A stretch of 63,427 bases of DNA. Origin: a virus. Taxonomy: Duplodnaviria > Heunggongvirae > Uroviricota > Caudoviricetes. The stretch is taken from the IMG/VR virus record IMGVR_UViG_3300011008_000006; one strand, written 5' to 3'. The position numbers were made by a program, and so were the translations under genes. The notes under the pieces are model-generated. The model saw only the letters and a program-made list of their open reading frames with translations. It was not told where the DNA came from and did no database searches. This document shows positions 1 through 13,528 of the stretch, piece after piece. The first letter of the stretch is position 1. The number at the start of each line of letters is the position of its first letter.

Positions 1-151
1 CACTAGCATCTGACGCATTTTGTTCAATAGCTTCTAATCTATTAACAATATCATTAGCATCACTCATTGCGGCCTGCGCTTGGCTTACTAATGTTGCTGT
101 TTCACCCGTAAAAGACTTTGCTCTTGCGAGAATAATATCAATCATATCCAT
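1..151 (-). CDS. 5' part of a phage structural/hypothetical protein (runs off the window)
   Basis: ATG at 151 after AGGAGG RBS; MDMIDIILARAKSFTGETATLVSQAQAAMSDAN... Confidence 0.7.
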   Translation of the reverse strand, partial: MDMIDIILARAKSFTGETATLVSQAQAAMSDANDIVNRLEAIEQNASDAS

Positions 152-163
152 ATTATTCCCTCC

Positions 164-367
164 TTAGGCATATATCCAAGTCTTATCACTTTTCGCCAAC
201 ATAAATTGTAAAGTATCATTTTTAGTTTCATCTTGAAGAATAACGCAAACTGAACCAAGAGTAATTTCTTTTGGGTCAATATCTGCCATGTCCGCTTTTG
301 TATCACAGAAATGTTCGTATGCTACGATATTATCAATATTTCCTCTTTTAGTCATTGTATGTGCCAT
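164..367 (-). CDS. small phage hypothetical protein
   Basis: 67-aa ORF, GAGGTG RBS, TAA stop. Confidence 0.75.
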   Translation of the reverse strand: MAHTMTKRGNIDNIVAYEHFCDTKADMADIDPKEITLGSVCVILQDETKNDTLQFMLAKSDKTWIYA

Positions 368-383
368 AATATCACCTCAAAAA

Positions 384-415
384 ACTAATAAAAGAGGTTT
401 CCCTCTTTTATTAGT
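384..415 (-). terminator. rho-independent terminator
   Basis: ACTAATAAAAGAGG-TTTC-CCTCTTTTATTAGT hairpin followed by a T-run on the minus strand. Confidence 0.75.
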
Positions 416-429
416 AATAAAATAAATAT

Positions 430-1110
430 TCAACTTGAACGGATTAAAAATTTATCTGTCATATTTGTAATAATAGATTGTAAGTTAGAAGAAAGTGGTT
501 TAGTAGAATCAAAAGTTACGGCAGTTGCATGTGTAGAACCATTCCATGTAGTAGTCATTGTCCCAATTGCTGTACCAATTGCTTGCCAGGCTGCTCGTGT
601 TATATTACTGCCAACTGATACAGTTGTAGTATCAAAAATTTTAGCAAAGGCGTTTAACTCCGCGGCGGTAATTGTACTTTCTAAAGTTGGAATCTCTAAT
701 TTAAAACAAATCCAAGCTGTATAAGTATATTGCATTTCATAAGCACGATAGGAAGCTGTTGTGTCTATATTATATACATAAGTTGCAATATTATAATAAA
801 AAGTTGCGGAAGTATTACCAGTAGGGGTATTAATAGAAAATGGAATTGAAGTTTGATAATCAGAGTTATACCCAGACCAAGTTATGTTCCCGCGATGAGT
901 AACATTTACATCTACATGCTCAGCACTAAAAGAATCTTCGTTATATGTAAAATATATACTCGCCGCGGAGATAGTGTAACCATTTGGTACAGTAAAAGTT
1001 TTAGAACCTTCCCAATAGGTGGTGAATGGTGTAGCATTTGCATCAACTGTTTGCCTTGCTACAGCAACAGAACCAGTACCAATTGGAAATAATACATAAC
1101 AGTACGCCAT
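430..1110 (-). CDS. Thr-rich virion/tail-associated hypothetical protein
   Basis: 226-aa ORF, AAGGTG RBS, TGA stop. Confidence 0.75.
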   Translation of the reverse strand: MAYCYVLFPIGTGSVAVARQTVDANATPFTTYWEGSKTFTVPNGYTISAASIYFTYNEDSFSAEHVDVNVTHRGNITWSGYNSDYQTSIPFSINTPTGNTSATFYYNIATYVYNIDTTASYRAYEMQYTYTAWICFKLEIPTLESTITAAELNAFAKIFDTTTVSVGSNITRAAWQAIGTAIGTMTTTWNGSTHATAVTFDSTKPLSSNLQSIITNMTDKFLIRSS

Positions 1111-1120
1111 TTACATCACC

Positions 1121-2131
1121 TTATTTTACTTTAATCCAAATACGTTTATTAACTTCAATATTTCCTGTTCCCCAAGTTTTATATTCTGGTACTTCTGAAA
1201 CAATACCAACTATACAATCCGGATACTATTGTATTTCTTCTCGTGTCATTATATCTACTGTACCATTGGGAGCAGAACAAACACACATCCCGGCCTTATA
1301 ATCATAACGATCGCGGAATGTTTTAGCAAGAACTCGTCCTGAAACCGCTAACGGTGTTTTACAATTATCAGTTTCACCAATAGCAAAACCAAATGTGTCT
1401 GAAACAATCTAAGCACCTGGCTATAGGCGCTTAGTAGAAAGACTTAATGTACCGTCTGTATTATCTATTACGCATGACCCCGGTACTGCTGCTTGATTTG
1501 TATAACGATATTCTGCGTAGTCATTCCAAACAGCGCCATATATCTTTGCATTACTATAACTACGTAAAGCTCCTCCCAATGTGACTCCAACTTGAAAATA
1601 TGCGGTAACTGGCGGGCTGGCTTTAGGAGTATCATTACTATATACTGACATACCAATACGTGTGCTACCATCAGAAAATAAACCATTTTGGATAAATGCT
1701 ACTTCATTCGCAGCGTTAAAAGTAGTGGTATTTTTTTGATAGAAAGTTATGTATGAAGACCCAGTAGTTGTATTTCCTAATAACCAAGTATTATGAATTA
1801 TTTTAGAATTACTATCTGTAATTATTACTCCAGATGATTTTACATAGCCAGCATTATATAGAGTACGACCAGTAATAAGATTTGTATCAGTTGAAGTTAC
1901 TGCTGTTTCAGTTGAATTGTCTGTTACTCCTTTATCCGCGGCGGCACCTAATGAAGCCCAATAAGTAGTAGTTCCATTAGAACGTAATACCTATCCACTA
2001 GTGCCGACTCCATATGTAGCGCCGCCGCTGGTTGAAGGGGCTTTAAAAATTGATGCCTACATTGTCGTTGTATATAAAGTATCAGTAGCCCGTAGGCTGC
2101 CGGAAATTGTAGTATCTTTAAGTTGTGCCAT
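1121..2131 (-). CDS. tail fibre/spike protein with C-terminal peptidase-G2-like intramolecular chaperone (TAG-recoded, 336 aa)
   Basis: MAQLKDTTISGSLRATD... open to TAA at 1121 when TAG is read through; C-terminal GAVWNDYAEY...VSGRV...IVGIVSE...RIWIKVK pattern. Confidence 0.75.
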
Positions 2132-2145
2132 CTCCTTTTACCTCC

Positions 2146-4029
2146 TTAGCGTTCGATAAATTCATTTGCTTCACTACTTAAATTAATAAGAGATGCGTGT
2201 GATTTATCTATTCGAGTATATAAAGCTAAATATTTAGTACACATACCATTAGCACCGTGGGTGCCAAAACCAGGAATACCTGTTTTCCCGCCAGTAGAAT
2301 ATTTTGTCCAACAACCACAAGCACCCCACCATGAGCCATATCCAATATAAGTATTAGATTGATTTGCTTTTGCTAGTCCATTTACTGGATTAGTATAGCC
2401 GCTAACAGTAGTTAATCCCGCGATAGAAGAAGCAGTTGGCTATGAAGTCTAGGTCCAACGATATTCTATTCCATCTTGAATAACATAAAATTCATATTTA
2501 CCATCATAAGTATAATTATTTACGTCTTTTAATCTACTATATAAGCCAAAATCATTACAATAAGTAGCATTAGTTTTAGTGAATAAATTATTCCCATTAT
2601 CTACATAATGATATAATAATAATTTCCAATTACTTCCATCTGGAAGGGTAAGATATGGTTCTACTATATTATTATATAAGATACCAGTTTTAGTTAACTT
2701 ATTAGTTCCATTCTCATTTAATTCAAATGTATGTATATTTTGTAAATTATCAATTTTCATTCTAGTATTATATAATAATTTTATATCAGATTCAGATAAT
2801 GAAGTACAATAAATTCGGAAATCACTCATTTGTCCATTAAAATATGGTGTCGTTGGACTTGCTGTATTTGCTTCACACCCTAAGAATAAACGAGCACTTG
2901 TATTAAAATGAATACCATATGAAGTATACGCATATGTATGATGTAAATTACCATTTATATAAGTTCTTGAACCAGTTGAATCATATACAAATGTTAACAT
3001 ATTCCAATCAGTTGTTGATAGAGCAGAAATCTATATTTCTTTTGAATCATATTTATAGGCAGTTGAGGTCTATTCTGAATTAGTGTAAGCATGTACTGGG
3101 AAACGCAAATAACCAGAATTACCGTTTTCTGTGTTAAATCCACCACTTTGAGTACAACTAAATAAATGTGCACCTGACCAGGAAGAGGATTTGGCCCATA
3201 AATTAATAGTCATTTCGCGCGCGCCTTGAACAATCCAATTATTATCTATTACTTTTATGGTACTATTAGAACCATTAAATTTAACGCTATTAGAATAACA
3301 AGGCGTATCACTATTAATAACTAAATCTCCAATAATTGTTCCATTATTATTATATCCACTACTATCTGAAATAATTGTAGATATATTATCTAATTTATAA
3401 TGCAATACCAATCCCTGCGCAATTTCTTTAACTTCCACGGCAGAAAGTGCATGGTCATAAATACGAAAATCATTTAATAAACCATTATAATAATAATTAG
3501 TACTGGTAGTTTGCTATCTACCTATTCTTATAGTAGCGCCACTAGTACGTACATCTAATTTTCTATTTGAATTAATAAGAGAAGTATCATGTATTTGTTC
3601 TTCACCATTTAAATACATAAATACTTCTCCCTTTTTATAAATACAAACTACATGAGTCCAAATATCTAGTGGAAAACCATTAGGAAATGCAAATGTTTTC
3701 ATAGTACCTGTAGTTACGGTATCACAAAAACTAAAACCATTTGCATTAATAACAACACTTATCGTTCCAGCATTATTTGAAGTTCCTCTAATACAAAAGA
3801 AACCTGACATATCAGTGGTTGCTTTATACCAAAAAGATATTGAAATCTCAGACCAAGCATTTGGGTTAAAATCAGATATAGATAAATAATCATTTGTACC
3901 ATCAAATGAATAACAACTTCCAATTTTCCCACTGGTACTTACAGTTGCCCCATTATTAGTAATACTCGCATTACTGATACCTTTATTTTCTAGTGTACCA
4001 TTTAATGGTAGCCATATTTTTAAACTCAT
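2146..4029 (-). CDS. tandem LamG/concanavalin-A-like domain protein (TAG-recoded, 627 aa)
   Basis: track ORFs 3514-4029, 3070-3438 and 2449-3000 share a frame and are joined through TAG; LamG motifs WTHVVCIY...YLNG and DFRIY occur twice. Confidence 0.85.
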
Positions 4030-4042
4030 TGAATCACCAACT

Positions 4043-4105
4043 TGGTATAATAGAATATAGTTTTTATCTATATTCTATTATACCATATATATTAATAAAA
4101 GTCAA
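4043..4105 (-). promoter_or_regulatory. SigA-type promoter overlapped by a perfect 18-bp inverted repeat
   Basis: TTGACT(4105-4100)-17 bp-TATAAT(4082-4077) with TG extension; inverted repeat arms 4043-4060 and 4068-4085. Confidence 0.75.
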
Positions 4106-7100
4106 ATAAATATAAAGTCTAAAGATTGATCTGTTGAATTATATTCTAATCTAACTTTTTCATTAGTACCATCATTTATAGAATATTTTAAGGCTGAAAG
4201 TTCGCCTGCGGTTGTAGTTAAATATACGCCAGTATCACCGGTTAAATTTACATTCGCGGCAGTAGCAGTAATCGCGGTTGATGTACCAAGTAGGTATGTT
4301 TTTGTTGTAGTTGCTAATGTAGCAGAAATTGCGGAAGCACTCGCGGCATTACCACTATATGATGTTGCAGTTAATGTTCCAGTACCAATAGTTATTGTAT
4401 TTGTAGATGGATTATATTTAAAATCATTACTGTAAGCAGGGCGTCCATTGACTAAAGTACTTGTACTGGCAGCATACATAAACCATACTGGACGCGCTAT
4501 ATCATACGTGCCCGTCCCCATTCCACTGTAAGTAAAACCATTAGTGGATTTAAAGTCAAACATACCATACATGTTTCGTGCGGCTGTACTAGTAGAAGTG
4601 CCACCTACTTCTATTGCTCCGCCACTATGTTGTATATATAAAATATGAGGAGTAGTGGTGCCTTTATCATAACTCTATATTCCCTACGACCCAATTGTTA
4701 ATTCAGCATTTACACCAGTAAGTAAAAGTTTTTTATCTGAGCTAGAATCTGAATTTAAATAAAGTTCTGTAGTTCCATTAACATATAAATTTTTGGAAGG
4801 GGCCGTTGTACTATTAATGGCAATATGAGTACTATCTGCGTAATGATAACCGGCATAAATTTTTGAAGTAGAATCTGTCCATACTAATCTATTAGCATTT
4901 GCTAATTTTCCATCATTAGTTATATCTCCGTGAGTATGGCTACTTGTCGCGGCATAAGTAGAATAATTAGAAGAATCCAATAATGTTCTCCAACTAGCCC
5001 AAGTACCAGCAGCGGAAGATGCTCTATATTTCATTGAAGTACCACTAGAACTCTATGGAATTAATAACTAACTATCCCAAGCGCTAGAAGTATCCCAGTG
5101 GAAATGTAAAATATTTCCAACTATTGAATTAGTTTCATCTGCTACTTTAAAATGCTATACACCGCCATTATTAACATGTGTTAAATCTGTACTGGTTGGT
5201 CTATTTCCACTACCAGTATTAGTATTGATATTTTTTAAAGCTGAGGATGATGTTGCATTACCAGATAAATCTCCATAGAATGTAGTAGCATAAACATTAC
5301 CGCTAACTCCTATACCACCACTAACAACAAGTGCGCCAGTTGTTTTACTTGTAGAAGCGGTAGTTACGGGAATTTTTACCACACCATCGGAATAAACTCT
5401 TAAATTATTACCGTTATAATTAGCGCTACCAAAATAAGCATAATTTAATGCATTTCTAATACCATATACTCCTATGTTAAAAAAAGGAGTTGTGTCATTT
5501 TTACCAAGTGCAACTAATAAAGCAAATGTCCAACCAATACTTTCAGTACCTTCATATTTTCTATTTGTTTTAAAAATTATTCTTTTTTCACTACCAAGAG
5601 AGATATTATCAGCAAAATAGGAACCTCCATTTACATAAAAAGTATTGCTTGGCTATGAAGTATAATTAATAGCAACATGAGTAGAATCTACATAATGAGA
5701 ACTTGCATATATGTTTTTACTGCTATCTGTCCATATCATTCTATTTGCAGTTGCAAGTTTACCGTCATTAGTAATATTACCATGTGTATGATTACCTGCA
5801 GCCGCGTCTGTCGCACCGGTTCCTATTTGAATTATACCTGCAATAGAAGTTGAAGCTACTGGCAAATTCTTTTTTGTAGGAGTAATTACACCATTCGCAT
5901 CTTGACTAATAGTGTCAATAAATGAGGTCGCGGTTGTAGTTCCAGAGCCTGGTACTGTTGGATCAGAAACTGATGTTTGAATAACTTTAAATGAATTTTC
6001 AGAACCGAGTTCTCTCCAATTTGTACCATCATATACATATTCAGAACTACTATAAACAACAACGTCACCTGCGGCGAAAGTCCCCGTTGGAGCACTATCT
6101 ATTGGATTTGCTTCAACAGTACCTATATAATGCATTGCACTTGAAAGCCCCATGTCACTTAAAGTTACCCAAGAGCCGTCACCACGGAGATATTTAGTTG
6201 TTGCACCTGATGTAGGCTTATCAATATAGGCTAAATCTTTTAATGCAGTACCAGCAGTAATTACACCAGCGGAAGTCATATATATTGGCTAAGTTGTACT
6301 ACCAATATCTGCTGAGCCTTTTTGAGCATGAGCAATTATTTGCCAATTTCCCCAACTAGTATTTGTTCCACCACTATCATTTGTTCTAAATAATAATGAA
6401 TTAGAGTCAATTGTTCCAACAATCTAAAATTTATCATTACTACTTCCAACTTGTAAACCAATCCAGTCATACCCAGACCATGGGCTACCACTACCAGAAA
6501 AAGTAAAAGTACCACTAGTATTGTTTAAAGTTGTGCTAGTTACTGCTTGTGTAATTAATGCATTCGCTGATGTAGCATTAGCATTAATATAACCTTCTAC
6601 AAATGTTAATGTAGCGACTGGAGTTGTACTATCGGTTGTTTCAGTTAATGTTGTATTTATATCAGAAATTACTACATTACCTATAAAATTAGCTATTTGT
6701 ACACCAATATTACCACTTGACTATTTAGTTATTTGTACATCTAACCATAAACCATCATTATTAACTATACGTATTGCTTTTATATTACCTGCTTTAGCAC
6801 AACTTAATAATGTTATAGCTGTATTAGTACCCATTATTGACACACTTATAGTTGCTATTGTTGGTGCTCCAGTACTCCAATCGCCGCTTATTTGCATTAT
6901 AAAATTAGAAGAACTATATTTAGCGGTAATTTTACAACAGCGATACCAAGAGTTATTAGTAAAATTTGACCAAGCTGTATTTGGTAATAATTGTACTTTT
7001 CGGAAGCAACCCGCAGCATTTTCAATATAATTACCACTAGTTACTATATTATTATTATCATCAATTGTAACACCGCTATCTTGAAGCTAACCAGTTGTGC

Positions 7101-8199
7101 CATCAAAACGAGCAATAGCATTATCAGTGCTAGTTATTGCGGCAACTCCACCAAGATTAGCTAGAGCATCTGCCGCGGTAGTTGCGCCAGTACCACCATT
7201 TGCGATAGCTACTGTTCCTGTTACATTTGAAGCAGTACCACTTACATTACCAGTTACATCACCTGTTACATTACCAGTTAAATTACCTGTAAAAGTAGTA
7301 GCATAAACATTCGCCCATTTAAGACTAGAAGTTCCTAATGTTTTTGTATTAGTAGTAAGTGGATATACATTTCCTGCAAAACCTGCATTATAAGTATTCT
7401 ATCCAATTTGTAATACTGTATTCCATGTTGTTGCGGTTGTTGAACTAGTACCAGATTCAATTGTAAAATAATTTGTATCAGAAGAACCGGTACCTAATAC
7501 GCCGGTGCGCCAGGAAGCTCCTGCTTTTTTATTTGTATTATACCAAAAGTTAATAAATTTATTCGTGTCACCTGTGAGAATATTTACATCAGCAGACATA
7601 GTATTAGAACCATCTAATTTTAGATAAGTGCTATTATGATCATGAGTAGATAATGCATAGGAGCTACTACTACCTAATTTTTCCCATTTACCACTAGTTC
7701 CATCTGCCGTCCAGACATATTCATATTCTGAATCTGAATCTAAAATTACATCACCAGCAAGTGCAGATGCTCCATTGGTACCAAATGTATAACCACTAAT
7801 TGTTGGATTAGTAGTACTACCTTCTGTGATTGCTACTGTTGCTTTTCCACGAAAATGCATCGCCTATGAAAGGCCTAATGAAGTAACTAAATCAGAAGCA
7901 CTAATCGCGCCGGTTAATGAAGCAACGCTAGTTACTGGTATTGAAACATTTACATTAGAAGAACCATTATATTCATAAGTTGTTGAATCTGAAGTAATAG
8001 TTAATTTATGCGGTAGTGTTACACTAGTTAATGCTTCCTAAAGCCCTGCAATCGCGCTTATTGGTGTTGAATCTGTAATATATATATAATTAGGATTAAT
8101 TCCTATTAAAGTTCGTCCATTACGAGTAACGGAGCCACCGTTTAAAAGAGTTTCGTAATCTGTTTGAGAAATATAAATAACTTTTTGTAAATTACTCAT
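4102..8199 (-). CDS. long tail fibre protein (TAG-recoded, 1365 aa)
   Basis: five track ORFs in one frame joined through TAG; GAGG RBS; G/S/T-rich; internal duplicated HTHGxITNDGKLA module; AMH(F/Y)xG modules. Confidence 0.85.
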
Positions 8200-8350
8200 C
8201 TTGTGGCACCTCCTCTATTGGGATTTCATGCCAATTAGAAGGAGTATCAAATTTACCAAGCCATATTTCAGTAGTATAAACTTCTCCATTTGTTAAAATA
8301 AATCCTTCACTTGCCATAATATGAATAGGATTTTCTTTCAATATTCGCAT
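8192..8350 (-). CDS. small tail-fibre-associated protein (52 aa)
   Basis: MRILKENPIHIMASEGFILTNGEVYTTEIWLG...; AGGAGGAG RBS; TAA stop overlaps the next start. Confidence 0.65.
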   Translation of the reverse strand: MRILKENPIHIMASEGFILTNGEVYTTEIWLGKFDTPSNWHEIPIEEVPQDE

Positions 8351-8362
8351 TTTATCTCCTCC

Positions 8363-10627
8363 TTAATTGGCTAAAGTCCAACCTTTATTTGTTGCAATTA
8401 ATTTTTCTTCCGCGCTTAAGCGGTTTACATTCTACGTGCTTAAACTTAATGTACGGGCAGTACTAACTGTTGGTAAAGCATTTAAAATATTTAATAAACT
8501 ATCATGTGTTAATGCCAAACTTGTATTATAACTATGATTTAATGGAATAGTTACATTAGTATCTACATCTCTTAAAGACCAACAATCTCCTAATATTTGA
8601 GCAGGTGCGGTAGATAAACTAGGCATAGACCAATTCTTAAAAGTGATTTTTTTAAGGTTATAACAATGTCTAAACATTGTTGTTATTGCAGTACAAACAG
8701 GTAAATTTAGATTATTAATTGTTATTTCTTTTACTCGTAATAAACCTACACACATATTTGCTAAAGTTGTTGCTTTACTCATATCCCACTAAGAAATATC
8801 TGGTAAAGCAGATAAAGACCAACAATCCTAAAACATAGAAGAAAAATTAGTTACTTTAGCAGTATTCCAATTATTAGTATTTCCAATTGTTGTAAGACTA
8901 TAACATGATCTAAACATTGAAGCAAAAGTTGTACAATTAGCTGGGCTCCAATTTGTTAAATTTAAAGACTATAAGCTATAACAATAATCGAATATACTTG
9001 ATAGACTAGTAATAGTATCTACTTTCCAACCAGAAACGTCAACTTCTTTTAATGACCAACAATTAGCAAATATTGAAGTTAATGAATTAGTAAAATAAAA
9101 TTTCCAATTACTAATTCCGGTAATTTTTTCTAGACTATTACATCCTGAAAAAAGACTATTACAAGTATTATTTCCACTACCTATTCCTGATAAGTTCCAA
9201 TCATTTGGGAAATTAAGTTCTTTTAAACTTACACAAGTATAAAATAAATTACATATATTTGTACAAGCGCTTGTAATATGAAGCCAAGAAATATCTAAAT
9301 ATGACAAACCTCTACAATTATAAAAAAGATTACTAATAGTAGTTAATGCCCCTGTAGTCCATCCTGTTAAATTTAATTCTTTTAAACTTATACAATCCTA
9401 AAATGTACCATTCAGCACGGTAACTTTAGAAGGACGCCATTTACTTAAATCTAATTTTTTTAGTGCTATACATCCAACAAACATATTTGCCATTGTTGTT
9501 ACATTACTGACATTAAAATTTTCTATTGGTAGTATTTCTATATTACAATATGCAAACATACTACTTAAATTTGTTGCGGCAGAAGTATTAAAATTTTCAA
9601 TACCTTGTATAGTTTTTAAACCGCGACAAGTAGAAAACATTTCTGAAAAATTTGTTCCAGAGTGCGTATCCCATCCTGTTAAATTAAGAGAAGTTAATCC
9701 ACGACAATTTTTAAATGCCGCTGAAAAATTGGTAACTTTAGAAACATTAAAATAATGTAAATCTAATTCTTTTAATGCAATACATTGGACAAAAGTTGAA
9801 GATAAACTTGTTACATTTGATGTATTTAGATTAGATACATCTAAAGATTGTAATAAAGAACAAGAATTCCAACCGCAATATAAACTAGTTAAAGCAGTAC
9901 TTGTCCCATTACCAATTTTTTCGCGCTATAAAGAATAAACTCCCCAAGCATTAGAATTTGCATTTGTCATTAGATTAATTAAATGCGGCACATAAGCTAT
10001 TCTTTCTAATATAGGCTAAGCACGATAATGCTAAGTCTAATTATTTCTTGTTACACTATAAGAATAGCAATAAGTAATTTGTCCTGTTATTTTTATTACC
10101 AAATATCCGCTTAAATCATCTGTCCAACGTACAAAATTTGTATTATTATTAACACTATAAGTTTCATCTGCAATATATTCTCCATTAGTAATATGTCCTA
10201 TCTACAACGTAGCTGGCTAACTATTCGCAGTATTTATATGCCAAGCAATTGCAGAACCAACTCCTGTGGCATCATACGTCATATAAATATAATCATCACC
10301 AGACATTTGTAAATTAAGACTATCTAAATCAGGCCAATCGGAAGGACGTGTCCAAGTTCCTGTATATGGAGATATATTAGTAGTATCACTTCTTGTAATA
10401 TAATAATCTTTATTTAATAACTATGTTATATCAGGAATATTATTACTTGATTTATTCGTTCTCCATTTAGCGGCTTCCTGTAATTCCTAATATACATCAG
10501 GCGAAACTGCAACTGTATTTTCACTACTCATATCATCAATAGTAGAACCTTCTGGTACTTCAACATAAATTCTTCTTTCCTAAAAATAACTAATACCCAT
10601 CGGAGTACTACCTTTATATATTGCCAT
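8363..10627 (-). CDS. BspA/DUF285-type leucine-rich-repeat surface/virion protein (TAG-recoded, 754 aa)
   Basis: many LDLSxWxxSxVTxMxxMFxxCxxL repeats; N-terminal WTRPSDWPDL; C-terminal IATNKGWTLA. Confidence 0.85.
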
Positions 10628-10996
10628 TTATGTCACCACCATCATATCTACTATTTCAATTGTTGTATCTATACTTAAATCACCAAGTATATCCCAATAA
10701 TATACATTATTTTCTTTTGTATAAACAAAATTATAAATATGCCCTTCTTGAAGTATTTCAGCCGCGATTGCCATTCCTTCATATCTAATTGTTTTTGCCC
10801 CACTATTATTTACATTTAAAGTAGCAGAAGCACTATTGGGAGTAGTAATTTTTAATCCAATTACTACTCCTTCAATAGCCTCAAATCCAGTAATAGAAGT
10901 GGTTATTGCCGCGGCTGTACCATTTGTCACACCATATATAGTAGGTTCAATTAAATGGGCATCATTACCTATTTTTACTTTATTTATATATCCCAT
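10628..10996 (-). CDS. tail-associated hypothetical protein
   Basis: 122-aa ORF, TLNVNNSGAKTI motif; N-terminus resembles that of the upstream fibre gene. Confidence 0.8.
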   Translation of the reverse strand: MGYINKVKIGNDAHLIEPTIYGVTNGTAAAITTSITGFEAIEGVVIGLKITTPNSASATLNVNNSGAKTIRYEGMAIAAEILQEGHIYNFVYTKENNVYYWDILGDLSIDTTIEIVDMMVVT

Positions 10997-11011
10997 TTAA
11001 TTCACCGCCTT

Positions 11012-13528
11012 TTAAGTTTCTGTAAATCCTTTATTAACAGTTGAATCTGTTCCATAAACAATTGATTTAATAAATAAAGTTCCTCTATCTACTGCTGCAA
11101 CATAAGTGTAAGTAGAAGGAGTTTCAATATGGTCGTCTGAACTATCAGTATATTTTAGTGTTAAAGAATTTAACACCGTAGTAGTAGTTGCACTATATGT
11201 TTTACTTTTTATAGTAATAACTTGTCCATTTGTGGCTGTGATAGAAGTACCACCGCTACCTTTTATTTGGATACTATCACGTTTAGTAGTAGAATCATAT
11301 AAATGTAAATATAAAGTATCTGAAGCAGTAACTGCTGCATTAGAAGGTGAAGTACCTGGGCTTGCTGTTTTATTAACATATAAATGTGTAGTATCTTGAC
11401 TTGTCAAATAAGTACTTGTGTCTAATTTCCAAGTATTTGCGGCAGTTTTCGTTAAGAAACCTGAGGTACCGCTTAATGCTTCAATCGCTTTCAAATCGTC
11501 AGCGTCTGTTACATTAGTTAATGCTACAGAAGAAGCAGTTACATTAGTTAAACTTGAACCATCACCAATAAATTTAGCTGCGCTAAGTGCCCCAGTAGAA
11601 GGATTATATGTTATATTTTTATTAGCAATATCAGAGTAATATACTAAATCAGTTTCATCTGTATTATTAGCAGATTTTTTAAATAATAATCTAAATTCAC
11701 TATTTGTAGAAGAAGTATATTTTTTCTACTCTACTTTTTTATCAGTAAATACTGCGTTAGCTGGTACAGAAGTAGCAATAGTATAACCACTATCTTGAAT
11801 AAGATGGCCGCTACTGCCACTAAATGTAGCAATATGCCCGCCAGTAGAACTTGTTGGGCCAGTTACTGCACCATCAATATTAGTTTGTACAATTATCCAG
11901 TTTGCTTTTACAGTGCTTACATTAGAAGATGTTGCTGCCGCTGTACTATCTACTGTACAAATTAATACATCTCCAACCTCTACTGATTCACCATTAATTA
12001 AACCAGCAGTAGTTACTTTATATGTCCAGCCACGTTCTGCCGCGGGAGTATAAGTAGTAGAAGATGCACCGCCATCTAAGGCGCCTTTGAAAATCATAGC
12101 GTCATTAGTAGCTAATAAATTATTTACTGTATCAGTTGTCGCATATGATGTCGTATCTAAATCCCATTCGTTCGCCGCGGTTTTCTTTAATAAACCACTA
12201 GTTCCTTCTAATGCTTCAATTGCTTTTAAATCATCTGCATTACTTACATTTGTTAAAGCAACCGAATTTGCACTATCCGCGGTACCTGCAGTTGCGGCCT
12301 TACCACTATAATTAGTAGCAGTTAAAGTACCTGTAGTACTTCCATCCACAATAGATAATGTTTTTGAAGAAGGATTAAATGTTAAACCTGTATAATAGAC
12401 TGCTTCATAAGCTGTCCCGCTTGTTGGACTTGCACCAGCCGCGCTGAATAAAAGTTTATAAGCTACACTGTCTGTTTTAGCAGTTTGTTTTACTTTAGTA
12501 TCAGTCCAAGGAACATTTACATATGCTTTTTCACTATCTAATTTTACTGCATAATTACGAGAAGTATTAGAGCCAGAATTACTTTCACTATATCCAATCT
12601 AAATACCACCACGAGTACCATTTGCTGCAAGTTGTAAGGTATAACTATATGTATTAGCAATAGTAATTGATCCCGAAGCAGAGGTTAATGAAATATTATC
12701 TCCTGCTTTAATATCTATTGTTTTTCCTGCGCTACCATTAAAAGTGTATAAACTAGTTCCTTCTGTTGAACCAGAATCAAATTTTAATACTAAATTATTT
12801 GCTACTGAATTGGCCGCGCCACCTTGACTAGAAGAACCAGCATAATTTGGAAAATCAGTAATATCACTTTTAGTTAAAGAAGCCCAAGTAGCAGTACCAC
12901 TACTGCTATATTTTAAAAATTGTCCGCTACTTCCGCCAGAAGGAATATGGTTATTACCTGCTCCTGTTGGATGTGTATACATAGCAACCCAAGTACCTTT
13001 TTTAGATAATACTTGACTTTCTGTGCTACCATCAAAAGCAGTAGAAGATCTTGCGATTTTACCATCGTCTGCATCAGTTATAACTAATTTATCACCATTT
13101 GCAATAGTAACATCATTTGTCTATAATGTACCATTAGATTGAATATTACCAAAACTAACATTACTTAAAGAGCCACCAGAAACCTATGTGCTATTCATTA
13201 CCCAATTAGTACCATCATATGTAAAACTAATTACTGAATTAGCTTGCCAAGTTAATGCACCGTTTGGGTTACTAATTGGATGAGCACTATCACTACCTAC
13301 TTTTAATGCTAAATTAGAAGGTTCAGAATTAGCCTATACAAATTTAATATGTACTGTAACACCACTAGTATTTACAAATCCATCTAATGGCACAGTAAAG
13401 GTAGTTGTCTCATTACTAGTAGCAATTGTTCCCTAACTATTGGCAGTATCTAATACGGCGAATAATGTAGAACCAATTTTATAATCAGTACTATCAATAT
13501 GCACCTAACCAATATAACCATTAGCCAT
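11012..13528 (-). CDS. tail fibre protein (TAG-recoded, 838 aa)
   Basis: three track ORFs in frame; YTHP, DAMIFKG and DTKV fibre motifs; duplicated ADDLKAIEAL module. Confidence 0.85.
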
